This document shows, piece by piece, positions 25,490-33,962 of a DNA stretch of 64,000 bases. The notes below the pieces were generated by a model. That model did no database searches, was not told where the DNA came from, and was given only the letters and a program-made list of their open reading frames with translations. The stretch comes from an uncultured Clostridia bacterium (GTDB taxonomy: Bacteria > Bacillota > Clostridia > Christensenellales > Aristaeellaceae), in assembly GCA_934647235.1 (NCBI GenBank), contig CAKUFG010000008.1, positions 6,380-70,379 on the forward strand. Direction: 5' to 3'. Made by a program: the position numbers and the translations under genes. The stretch's first letter is position 1. The number at the start of each line of letters is the position of its first letter.

Positions 25490-26411
25490 AACCACGCTTG
25501 CGCAGGCGCAGACCGATCTGCGGCGCAGGAACAAGATCCGCAGCACCCTGGGCTCCTGGGCCATGGTGTTCCCGGCCATTCTGTTCCTGTGCGTGTTCAC
25601 GCTCTACCCCATGTTCAACCTGGTTCAGATCAGTATGTACAGGGGCAACGCGGCCAACGCCTACAAAAAATACATCGGCCTTGAAAACTATCGTCAGCTG
25701 CTGTTTGTGCGCCGCGAGTTTTTGATCGCCCTGAAAAACACTGCTTACTACACCTTCATCCACATGTTCCTGCTGATTGCCCTGGCGGTTATCTTCGCCG
25801 TGTGGCTGCAGAAGGATCGTAAGATCAACAACTTTGCCCAGACGGCCTTCTTCGTGCCCCACCTGGTAGCTTCCGTATCCTGCGCCTTTATCTGGAGCTG
25901 GATTTTTTCCACCGATACCAGCGGCCTGATGAACTCCTTCCTGCGCTTGTTTGGCGCCCCGGCCAAGAACTGGCTGGGTTCTACCAGCACGGCCATGAAC
26001 TGCGTAATCGTGATGAACACGTGGAAGAGCATCGGCTACTACGCGCTGATCATCCTGTCGGCCCTGAAGGCCATCCCGGCGGAGATTTATGAGGCCGCGC
26101 GCCTGGACTCCTCCTCCACGGTGAAGACCTTCTTCAAGATCACCCTGCCCATGCTGAGTCCGCAGCTGTTCATGCTGCTGATCACCATCACCACGGGCTC
26201 CTTCAAGGTGTTCGATTCCATCCGCATCATGACCAACGGCGGCCCCGGCACCTCCACCCAGGTGCTGTGCATGTTCATCTATGAGTTTGCGTTCAACCGC
26301 AACAACTCCCTGGGCATGGGCGCTGCCGGCGGCGTTATGCTGATGCTGATCCTGATCCTGATCACGCTGTTCGACTTCAAGGGTCTGGAAAAGAAAGTAC
26401 ATTATCAGTAA
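25482..26411 (+). CDS. ABC transporter permease (UgpA/MalF-like)
   Basis: 309 aa, multi-TM, with EAA loop YEAARLDSSSTVKTFFKITLPML. It overlaps the ATPase gene by 8 nt. Confidence 0.85.
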   Translation: MPKTTLAQAQTDLRRRNKIRSTLGSWAMVFPAILFLCVFTLYPMFNLVQISMYRGNAANAYKKYIGLENYRQLLFVRREFLIALKNTAYYTFIHMFLLIALAVIFAVWLQKDRKINNFAQTAFFVPHLVASVSCAFIWSWIFSTDTSGLMNSFLRLFGAPAKNWLGSTSTAMNCVIVMNTWKSIGYYALIILSALKAIPAEIYEAARLDSSSTVKTFFKITLPMLSPQLFMLLITITTGSFKVFDSIRIMTNGGPGTSTQVLCMFIYEFAFNRNNSLGMGAAGGVMLMLILILITLFDFKGLEKKVHYQ

Positions 26412-26423
26412 GGAAAGGAGGTT

Positions 26424-27284
26424 ATGGACAAAATGAAGGATCTTCAAATCAAGCGCCGCTTCAAGAATTACCTGCCCAACCTGGTCAGCGATATTCTCAA
26501 GCTCATCTGCGTTATCATCTTCGTGTTCCCCTTCTACTGGATGTTCATTACCGCCTTTAAGACCTATAATGAAGCCATCCTGACCCCGCCCACCCTGTGG
26601 CCGCGCAATTTCACCTTCCAGAGCTTTATTGACATCGTCAATATGGAAATCAGCTTCGGCAGGTTCGCCTTCAACAGCGTGGTCGTCACCGCGTCCATCA
26701 TCGTGATGCAGCTGCTCATCATGGTGCCCGCCGCCTACGCCTTCGCCAAGCGCAAGTTCTTCGGCAAGGGCCTGTGCTGGTCCATCGTGCTGGTAGCCTT
26801 CATGATCCCTGGCCAGGTGACTTACATCCCCATCTACCTGATGATGGCCAAGGCCCGCATGATCAACTCCCTCTGGCCGCAGATTCTGCCCTTCGCCACT
26901 AACTCCTTCGGTATCTTCATGCTGCGCCAGGCCTTCAAGCAGATTCCCGACGAGCTGGTTGAATCCGCCCGCCTGGATAACGCCAGCGAGCTGCAGATCA
27001 TGACGCGCATCATGCTGCCCATGGCCAAGTCCTCCATGGTTACCATCGCCATGTTCTCCTTCGTCAGCCACTGGAACGCTTACTTCTGGCCGTTGGTCAT
27101 GACCAACAACGATAAGTACCGCCCCCTGACCATGTATATTGAAAAGATCAAGGACGCCGAGTACGGCCTGATCTGGAACAACATCATGGCCGCCAACGTC
27201 ATCCTGGTGGTGCCGGTGCTGATCGTGTTCCTGTTCGCCAGCAAAAAGATTATCAAAGCCTTTGCCTATAACGGCATGAAATAA
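26424..27284 (+). CDS. ABC transporter permease (UgpE/MalG-like)
   Basis: 286 aa with EAA loop ESARLDNASELQIMTRIMLPMA. Confidence 0.85.
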   Translation: MDKMKDLQIKRRFKNYLPNLVSDILKLICVIIFVFPFYWMFITAFKTYNEAILTPPTLWPRNFTFQSFIDIVNMEISFGRFAFNSVVVTASIIVMQLLIMVPAAYAFAKRKFFGKGLCWSIVLVAFMIPGQVTYIPIYLMMAKARMINSLWPQILPFATNSFGIFMLRQAFKQIPDELVESARLDNASELQIMTRIMLPMAKSSMVTIAMFSFVSHWNAYFWPLVMTNNDKYRPLTMYIEKIKDAEYGLIWNNIMAANVILVVPVLIVFLFASKKIIKAFAYNGMK

Positions 27285-27317
27285 TAAGCGCACCCTGCTG
27301 ATCTCCCCCGATCAGCC

Positions 27318-27346
27318 GCCCGCCGGAACGCCGGCGGGCATTTTAT
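27318..27346 (+). terminator. rho-independent terminator of the ABC operon
   Basis: GCCCGCCGG-AACG-CCGGCGGGC followed by ATTTTAT. Confidence 0.75.
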
Positions 27347-27417
27347 ATTGCCGGACGGCGCGCAGTGCCTGCCTTGCCTGCGGCTGTGAAGGATTTGTAA
27401 ATCTGCCTTCCCGCCGC

Positions 27418-27446
27418 TTGCTTTTTATACTGCCAGATGATATGAT
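27418..27446 (+). promoter_or_regulatory. sigma-A type promoter
   Basis: TTGCTT, 17-nt spacer, TATGAT, upstream of the beta-helix lipoprotein gene. Confidence 0.5.
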
Positions 27447-27488
27447 ACTTGCGTAACGCAAACATCATCTGCAAAGGAGATCACAATA

Positions 27489-28343
27489 ATGAAAAAACTG
27501 CTTGCCCTGGCGCTTTCCATCCTGATGGCGTGCAGCCTGTGCACCGCGCTGGCCGCCGATTACAGCGATGTTTTTACCAATTTTGATCTGCGCGACAGCT
27601 GGACCGCCGCCACGGAGATCACCTTTACCGATACGGCGGTGACGATCAACGGCAGCGGCGCGGTGGCCGACGGCACGGTGGTTACCATCACCGCCCCCGG
27701 CGTATACAAGCTGCAGGGCTCCTGCGCCGACGGTCAGGTGCTGGTGGAGCTCGACAAGGCCGAAAAGGCCCAGCTGGTGCTGGCCGGCCTGACGCTTACC
27801 TGCCAGAGCTCCGCCCCCCTGTACGTGCTGTCGGCCGATAAGGTATCCCTCACCCTGGCCCCCGATACCGTCAACACCTTTGCCGACGGCAAGGCCTACA
27901 CCGCCGCCTTTGACAAGCAGCCCAACGCCTGCATCTGCTCCCGCGACGACCTGGTGATCAACGGCACGGGCACGCTGAACGTAGAGGGCAACTTCAATAA
28001 CGGTATCGGCAGCAAGAACGACCTGCGCATCGCGGGCGGCAGCATCACCGTATCCGCCGTCAAGAACGCCCTGAAGGGCAATGATTCCGTGGCCATCCAG
28101 AATGGCGTGATCACCCTGACCGCCGGCAAGGACGCCATCAAGACCGACAATGAGGATAAGCCCGGCAAGGGCTATGTGTACATCGCGGGCGGCGATATCC
28201 GCATCACTGCGGGCGACGACGCCATCCAGGCCACCCAGGATGTGACCGTCACGGGCGGCACCATCGCCGTTACCGCCGCCGGCAAGGCCGTCAACTCCAA
28301 GGGCTCCCAGGATGTAGCCACCGGCGTAATCAGCGCAAAATAA
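27489..28343 (+). CDS. carbohydrate-binding beta-helix lipoprotein (Cthe_2159-like)
   Basis: The lipobox-like signal LSILMACS is followed by repeated turns such as INGTGTLNVEGNFNNGIGSKNDLRIAGGSITVSA and GKGYVYIAGGDIRITAGDDAIQA. This matches the PF14262-type pattern (from memory). Confidence 0.6.
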   Translation: MKKLLALALSILMACSLCTALAADYSDVFTNFDLRDSWTAATEITFTDTAVTINGSGAVADGTVVTITAPGVYKLQGSCADGQVLVELDKAEKAQLVLAGLTLTCQSSAPLYVLSADKVSLTLAPDTVNTFADGKAYTAAFDKQPNACICSRDDLVINGTGTLNVEGNFNNGIGSKNDLRIAGGSITVSAVKNALKGNDSVAIQNGVITLTAGKDAIKTDNEDKPGKGYVYIAGGDIRITAGDDAIQATQDVTVTGGTIAVTAAGKAVNSKGSQDVATGVISAK

Positions 28344-28362
28344 GAAGCATCCGTGCATGAAA

Positions 28363-28402
28363 GCGCGCCCCTCTCCGTTTTTCGGAAGGGGGCGCGTTTT
28401 TT
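28363..28402 (+). terminator. rho-independent terminator
   Basis: The CGCGCCCCTCTCCG / CGGAAGGGGGCGCG stem is followed by TTTTTTG. It lies between convergent genes. Confidence 0.7.
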
Positions 28403-28410
28403 GCGCCGTA

Positions 28411-28845
28411 TTACAGGTAGGGCCGGACAGACTTGGCCAGCGCTTCCTCCTCGCCAATCAGCTCGCGGGTGATCTTCTGCGCCTGGGGCTGGGCGTTGGG
28501 GTACTGGTTCAGATACCGGCTCAGGGACTTTACGCCCATGCCGCAGCCATCCGTAATCAGATCAGCCGCCTGCTGATCGGGATTGCCCATCATCATCTTC
28601 ATGCCCGATTTCATCGCGGCCATGCCCTTGGCCATGACAGGCGGCTCCTTGCCCGCGTCGCCCAGGGCGGAAAGCAGCTCCATGGTGCGGTTGCCCAGCT
28701 GCTCGTGGCGCTTACGGCTTTGGGCAAGCAGCTCGTGCAGCTCCTGGTTCTTCACGTTTTCCAGCACGCCGTCAATGGAGGCCACGCCCATCTTCGCACC
28801 CGCATCGCACTCGCGCAGCAGGCGCAGGGTATCCTGATTTTCCAT
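28411..28845 (-). CDS. conserved hypothetical helical protein (Met/Lys-rich central loop)
   Basis: 144 aa, MENQDTLRLLRECDAGAKMGVASIDGVL...DLITDGCGMGVKSL. It resembles a Firmicute family of unknown function (from memory, unverified). Confidence 0.6.
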   Translation of the reverse strand: MENQDTLRLLRECDAGAKMGVASIDGVLENVKNQELHELLAQSRKRHEQLGNRTMELLSALGDAGKEPPVMAKGMAAMKSGMKMMMGNPDQQAADLITDGCGMGVKSLSRYLNQYPNAQPQAQKITRELIGEEEALAKSVRPYL

Positions 28846-28856
28846 ATAAAAAGCAT

Positions 28857-28891
28857 CCCCTTTCCGGGCTATTATGCGCCGCGGAAAGGGG
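28857..28891 (-). promoter_or_regulatory. 10-bp perfect hairpin whose 3' arm contains the RBS of the 144-aa gene
   Basis: Minus-strand RNA: CCCCUUUCCG-(15 nt)-CGGAAAGGGG-AUGCUUUUUAU-AUG. It could act as a terminator or as an RBS-sequestering structure. Confidence 0.5.
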
Positions 28892-28916
28892 AAAATATAC
28901 AGTATGCCGGTGAAAA

Positions 28917-29414
28917 TCAGGCCGTTTCGATATCGATCACGCTGTCGGTGGATTTGCCGCAGGCGGCGCAGATCACATCCAGCCGGAAGGATTCAAAGGC
29001 GTTCACCCAATCCTCCTCGTTCAGCGCGTTGCCGTCCTCGTCGGTCAGTTCGCTTTCGTCAATAAAATCCTGCTTGCCTGCAGAGGCGATGCTTACCCGC
29101 AAGCCAAAGGCCGTTTTCTGTTTGCAGTGCGGACAGGTATCCATGGCCGTCAGCTTGCCGGTCAGATCGTACAGGTAATCCGCCTTGGCCACAAAGCCGT
29201 CCCATCCGTGCCGCCCCGCATGGAACAGCAAGATCTTGCCCCCGCAGGAGCGGCACCTGGCCGCCGCCACCGTGCCCGCCGCGTTGGTATAGGGCGTAAA
29301 GAGCAGGTGCCCGCATTTGCAGCGGATCACGCCCGTGACGGACAGCTCGCTGTTCTGCTCGCCCATAGGGGTCAGGAAGGGCTTCAGATGGGTAGGAATG
29401 GGATAGGCGGTCAT
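28917..29414 (-). CDS. hypothetical double zinc-ribbon protein
   Basis: 165 aa with four Cys pairs: CKCG...CRSCG and CPHCK...CAACG. AAGGAG RBS. Confidence 0.6.
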   Translation of the reverse strand: MTAYPIPTHLKPFLTPMGEQNSELSVTGVIRCKCGHLLFTPYTNAAGTVAAARCRSCGGKILLFHAGRHGWDGFVAKADYLYDLTGKLTAMDTCPHCKQKTAFGLRVSIASAGKQDFIDESELTDEDGNALNEEDWVNAFESFRLDVICAACGKSTDSVIDIETA

Positions 29415-29432
29415 GGCGTCATGCTCCTTTTC

Positions 29433-29777
29433 TTACAGGCTCAGCAGCCCGGCGGACAGCAGATAATCGTCAAACAGCGGCAGGAAGGCGTCGATCAGCG
29501 CACAATAGCGCACGCTGCCCGCATCGTCCAGCGGGAAAGCGCGCAGCAGCGCATCCAGCAGATACTCCACCGCCTCGTCCTCGTCATACTCGCCCTCGCC
29601 GGTATCGCCGGTATCATCCAGCGCGCCGCAGGCGTGCAGATAATCCACCTGCGCGGCCACCAGCGCATCGCACAATGCTTGGCGCTGATCCCGGAATTCG
29701 GGAAAGCGCTTCCAGTCCAGATGCCTGAGCGCATAATCAGCCGCCCCGGCAGGGTTCAGCCCCAGCATGACGGACAT
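29433..29777 (-). CDS. hypothetical acidic protein
   Basis: 114 aa with the acidic stretch DDTGDTGEGEYDEDEAVEY. Its ATG overlaps the pepF TAA stop (TAATG). Confidence 0.55.
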   Translation of the reverse strand: MSVMLGLNPAGAADYALRHLDWKRFPEFRDQRQALCDALVAAQVDYLHACGALDDTGDTGEGEYDEDEAVEYLLDALLRAFPLDDAGSVRYCALIDAFLPLFDDYLLSAGLLSL

Positions 29778-31561
29778 TACAGCAGCGCCTCCAGCTGATC
29801 CACGGTATCGGCGAACACCTTCAGCGCATCCTGCACGGTGGCGGGGTCTTCCATATCCACGCCGGCCAGGCGCAGCGCATCCAGCGGCGGCAGGCTGCCG
29901 CCCGCGCTGAGGAACCTCATATAATCATCCACCGCAGGCTGGCCCTCGGTGAGGATGCGGTTGGCAATGTATACGGCCGCGGAGAAGCCCGTGGCGTACT
30001 TATACACATAGAAGGCACGGTAGAAGTGCGGGATACGCATCCACTCGCTGCGCACGCAGTCGTCGATCACGCAGCCGTCGCCGTAATACTGCTGATTCAG
30101 GCGATAATGCACTTCGCCCAGCGAATCGGCGGTCAGCGGCTGGCCTTCTTCCTCCATGCGATGGCTTTCGCGCTCGAAGGCGGCGAACATCGTCTGGCGG
30201 TACACCGTGCCGCGGAACTCCTCCAGCAGCTGATTGGCCAGGTAAGCGCTGGCCTTTTTATCGTCCTTGTATTCGTTCATCAGGGCGCGCATCAGCAGCA
30301 TTTCATTGCAGGTGGAGGCGACCTCCGCCACGAACAGCGAGTAACCCGCCTTGGCAAAGGGCTGCGCGTGGTTGCTGTGCCAGGAGTGCATGGCGTGACC
30401 CAGCTCGTGCGCCAGGGTGGTGGCGCCGTTCAGATCCTCGGTGAAGTTCATCAGCACATAGGGATGCGCGCCGTAGGTGCCCCAGGAGTACGCGCCGGAA
30501 TGCTTGCCGCGGTTCTCGTATACATCGATCCAGTGGTTGTTATACGCCTCGTCCAGCAGCTGCGCGTAATGCTCGCCCAGCGGAGCCAGGCCCTTCTTGA
30601 CCACCTGGAAGGCTTCGGGATAGGTCAGCTTCATATCGAAGTCGTCCACGATGGACACATACAGATCGTACAGATGCACCTCGTCCACGCCCAGCTTCTT
30701 CTTGCGCAGCTCCATATACTTTTTCATGGCGGGGCGCATGGCTTCGATGCCGCTGAGCAGGTTATCATATACCGCCACAGGGATACGATCGGGGAACAGC
30801 GAGGCCTCGATGGCGCTGTCAAAATTGCGCGCGCGCGCGCCGACCACATCGCCCTTGACGCTATAGCGGTAGGTGGCGGCATAGGTCTGGCGATAGTCGT
30901 CATAGCCCTTCATCATGGCTTCAAAAGCGCCCTTGCGCACCTCGCGGCTGCGGCTGCGGATGAGGCGGCCGTACATGGCGTTGCTGAGCTTTACCTGGTT
31001 ACCCTCTTCATCCTTTACCACGGGGAAGGGCATATCCACATCGCTGAGCATGGTATAGATCGCGTCGGGCGCGCCCATCAGCTCGTTCGTCATGGCCAGC
31101 AGGCGCTCCTCCTTGGCGGAGAGGGTATGCGGCTTGTTGCGCAGCAGATCATCCACAAATACGTCGTACTCGCTGAAATCAGGGTCGTTCTTCATATCCA
31201 GCAGCGTCTGCTCGGGCAGGGAAAGCAGCTCAGGCTGCAGGAAGGACGCGGCGCTTTCGGCCTGCGCGGCCAGGCTGCGCGCGCGGGTCAGCTGATCCTG
31301 CGCCTGGCTGTCGCCGCCGTCCTGATCGGCATACATGGCGGCATAAACCAGCAGCCGCTCCAGCAGGCGGTTCATCTCCATCGCCTCGCGGATGGCCTTG
31401 CGCGGGTCCTCGCCCACATGGCCCTGCCAGGCGGAGAAGGCGGACACCTGCGCCTGCGCATCCTTGAACTGGCGTTCAAACTCGGCGGCGCTTTCAATAA
31501 TACTGCTCAAATCCCACAGATAGCGGGGGTCCATATCTTTGCGTGCTTTTGGTTCCTGCAT
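29777..31561 (-). CDS. pepF: oligoendopeptidase F (M3B)
   Basis: 594 aa with HELGHAMH zinc motif. The length and overall pattern fit PepF. Confidence 0.9.
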   Translation of the reverse strand: MQEPKARKDMDPRYLWDLSSIIESAAEFERQFKDAQAQVSAFSAWQGHVGEDPRKAIREAMEMNRLLERLLVYAAMYADQDGGDSQAQDQLTRARSLAAQAESAASFLQPELLSLPEQTLLDMKNDPDFSEYDVFVDDLLRNKPHTLSAKEERLLAMTNELMGAPDAIYTMLSDVDMPFPVVKDEEGNQVKLSNAMYGRLIRSRSREVRKGAFEAMMKGYDDYRQTYAATYRYSVKGDVVGARARNFDSAIEASLFPDRIPVAVYDNLLSGIEAMRPAMKKYMELRKKKLGVDEVHLYDLYVSIVDDFDMKLTYPEAFQVVKKGLAPLGEHYAQLLDEAYNNHWIDVYENRGKHSGAYSWGTYGAHPYVLMNFTEDLNGATTLAHELGHAMHSWHSNHAQPFAKAGYSLFVAEVASTCNEMLLMRALMNEYKDDKKASAYLANQLLEEFRGTVYRQTMFAAFERESHRMEEEGQPLTADSLGEVHYRLNQQYYGDGCVIDDCVRSEWMRIPHFYRAFYVYKYATGFSAAVYIANRILTEGQPAVDDYMRFLSAGGSLPPLDALRLAGVDMEDPATVQDALKVFADTVDQLEALL

Positions 31562-31696
31562 GGCTGTAATCCTCCATATCCAATGCTTTCCATGTCATTG
31601 TAGCACGCTGTGATGCGGCATGCAAGCGCGAATCCGCGCGAATTTGCGCAAACTGCGGCGCATTTTCGCAAAGATGTGCGGATGCGGCGATCAGGC

Positions 31697-31725
31697 TTGA
31701 AAAAATGCCTTTTATCTATTATAAT
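31697..31725 (+). promoter_or_regulatory. sigma-A type promoter
   Basis: TTGAAA, 17-nt spacer, TATAAT, 32 nt upstream of the DUF2461 gene ATG. Confidence 0.6.
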
Positions 31726-31757
31726 CTATGGTTGGGTGAGAATACCCGGAGGAATGT

Positions 31758-32444
31758 ATGTTTCAAGGCTTTAACAGCGATCTGCTGTCCTTTTACGCCG
31801 ATATCCGTTTTCACAATGAAAAGGCGTTCATGGACGCGCATCGCCAGGAGTATTACCAAAAGGTTCGCGATCCCTTTTACGCCTTTATCGCCGAGATGGC
31901 GCCCGTGATGCTGTCTATCGATCCCGATATGGAGGTACGCCCGGCCAAATGCCTGTCGCGCATCAACCGCGATACGCGCTACAGCCGGGATAAATCCCCC
32001 TACCGCGATCATCACTGGGCAGCCTTCCGGCGCGCGGCCGCCGGCAAGGACGGCATGCCCTTTTACTGGTTCGAGATCCGGCTGGATTCCGTCAGCTGGG
32101 GGCTGGGCGTGTGGGGCGAAAACCGCCCGATGATGGACGGCCTGCGGCGGCGCATGGTGGCCAATCCCGATGAGATGATCGGCCTTCTGCGTCTTTTGCA
32201 GAAGCGCGATTTCTCCGTTGGCGGCACGCAGTGGAAAAAGCTGCGCCCGCCCGAGGATCTGCCCGCCGTGCTGCAGCCCCTTTACTGTATGCGGGAAATC
32301 TATTTCTCCCGTGAGCATATCGACCCTGGATGGATTTTCGACGCTTCCATTACCGATCGCGTAGCGGCGGATTTTCAGGCTATCGCGCCTGTGTGGCGGC
32401 TGCTGCGCGGCTTAAGCGACATTGGGGAGGAGACGTATGACTGA
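31758..32444 (+). CDS. DUF2461 (TIGR02453) family protein
   Basis: MFQGFNSDLLSFYADIRFHNEKAFMDAHRQEYYQKVRDPF...RINRDTRYSRDKSPYRDHHW is the characteristic pattern. Confidence 0.7.
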   Translation: MFQGFNSDLLSFYADIRFHNEKAFMDAHRQEYYQKVRDPFYAFIAEMAPVMLSIDPDMEVRPAKCLSRINRDTRYSRDKSPYRDHHWAAFRRAAAGKDGMPFYWFEIRLDSVSWGLGVWGENRPMMDGLRRRMVANPDEMIGLLRLLQKRDFSVGGTQWKKLRPPEDLPAVLQPLYCMREIYFSREHIDPGWIFDASITDRVAADFQAIAPVWRLLRGLSDIGEETYD

Positions 32445-33948
32445 TTATCAATCCTTAAAGAGCGGTACCGATATCCGGGGCGACGCCCTGGGCGAAAAAG
32501 CTGTATTGACCAACGAAGTAGCGCTGTGCATCGGCGGCGCGTTTATCACCTGGCTGAGCGAAAAGACCGGCAAGCGTCCCGGCGCGTTGACTGTGGCCAT
32601 CGGGCGGGATTCCCGCCTGACCGGCCCCGCGCTGCTGGCTGCCTGCGCCGAGGGCATGGCCCGCACGGGCGCGCAGGTGTGGGACTACGGCATGTGCACC
32701 ACGCCCGCCATGTATATGAGCCTGCTGACCGAGGGCTTCAAGGCCGACGCCTCCATCATGGTGACGGCCTCGCACCATCCCTACTACCGCAACGGGCTCA
32801 AATTTTTCCTGCCCGAGGGCGGCGTATCGGCCACCGATATCAGCATGATCCTGTCCATCGCGGCCAACACCGCGCCGGTGGACGGCCCGCATCCCGCGGT
32901 GCAGAAGCGCGACTTCCTGCCCGTATACAAGCAGCAATTGATGGATCGCATGCGGCGCGGCCTGGATACCGACGTGGCCTGCCCCCTGCTTGGGCTGCAT
33001 GTGGTGGTGGACGCGGGCAACGGCGCGGGCGGCTTCTATGAAGAAATGCTGCGCGAAATGGGCGCGTGGACCGAGGGCAGCCAGTTTCTGGAGCCTGACG
33101 GCCATTTCCCCAATCACATCCCCAATCCCGAAAACGAGCAGGCCATGGCCGCCATCAGCCAGGCTGTGGTCAGGGTGGGGGCTGATCTGGGCGTCATCTT
33201 TGACGCGGACTGCGACCGCGCGGCCATTGTGGATGCAGCCGGCCGCGAAATCAACCGCAACCGTCTGATTGCGCTGATTTCGGCCATCCTGCTGGATAAG
33301 GAGCCCGGCGCGACCATCGTGACCGACTCGGTCACTTCCTCGGGCCTGGCGCAGTTTATCACCGAGTGGAGCGGCGTGCACTACCGCTATAAGCGCGGCT
33401 ACCGCAATGTGATCGACGAGGCCGTGCGCCTCAACGCCGCGGGCATCGACTGCCCCCTGGCCATTGAAACCAGCGGCCATGCCGCCCTGCGCGAAAACCA
33501 TTTCCTGGACGACGGCATGTACCTGGTGACGGTGCTGATCGTCGAGGCCATGCGCCTCAAGCAGGAGGGCAAGGAGCTGTCCAGCCTGCTGGACGGTCTG
33601 CGCGAGCCGGTGGAAAGCGTGGAGCTGCGGCTGAGCATCACCGCCCCTGATTTCCGCGAGGCCGGGCGCGCCGTCATCGAGCGCGTGATGGATCACGCCT
33701 CCTACGAGACCGACTGGCACATCGCCCCCGATAACCGCGAGGGCGTGCGCATCAACTTTGATCTGGACGACGGGCTGCAGAACGGCTGGTTCCTGCTGCG
33801 CCTGTCCGTGCACGATCCCGTGCTGCCGCTGAATGTGGAAAGCGACGTGCCCGGCGGCGTGCGTACCATGCTTTCCAAGCTGCTTTCCGTACTGGACGGC
33901 GCTGAGGATATCGATATTTCCCCCATCCGCGCGTATCTGAGCAAATAA
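32437..33948 (+). CDS. phosphoglucomutase/phosphomannomutase family protein
   Basis: Active-site loop VTASHHPYYRNG and metal loop FDADCDR. I moved the start to 32437 (GGAGGAG RBS); it overlaps the upstream gene by 8 nt. Confidence 0.85.
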   Translation: MTDYQSLKSGTDIRGDALGEKAVLTNEVALCIGGAFITWLSEKTGKRPGALTVAIGRDSRLTGPALLAACAEGMARTGAQVWDYGMCTTPAMYMSLLTEGFKADASIMVTASHHPYYRNGLKFFLPEGGVSATDISMILSIAANTAPVDGPHPAVQKRDFLPVYKQQLMDRMRRGLDTDVACPLLGLHVVVDAGNGAGGFYEEMLREMGAWTEGSQFLEPDGHFPNHIPNPENEQAMAAISQAVVRVGADLGVIFDADCDRAAIVDAAGREINRNRLIALISAILLDKEPGATIVTDSVTSSGLAQFITEWSGVHYRYKRGYRNVIDEAVRLNAAGIDCPLAIETSGHAALRENHFLDDGMYLVTVLIVEAMRLKQEGKELSSLLDGLREPVESVELRLSITAPDFREAGRAVIERVMDHASYETDWHIAPDNREGVRINFDLDDGLQNGWFLLRLSVHDPVLPLNVESDVPGGVRTMLSKLLSVLDGAEDIDISPIRAYLSK

Positions 33949-33962
33949 TTAAAGGAGCGTTT

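Noticed and set aside
31643-31652. 10-bp perfect palindrome TTTGCGCAAA in the pepF/DUF2461 divergent region
   Set aside because: Dozens of 10-bp palindromes are expected by chance in 64 kb. There is no second copy and no adjacent regulator gene to support an operator call.
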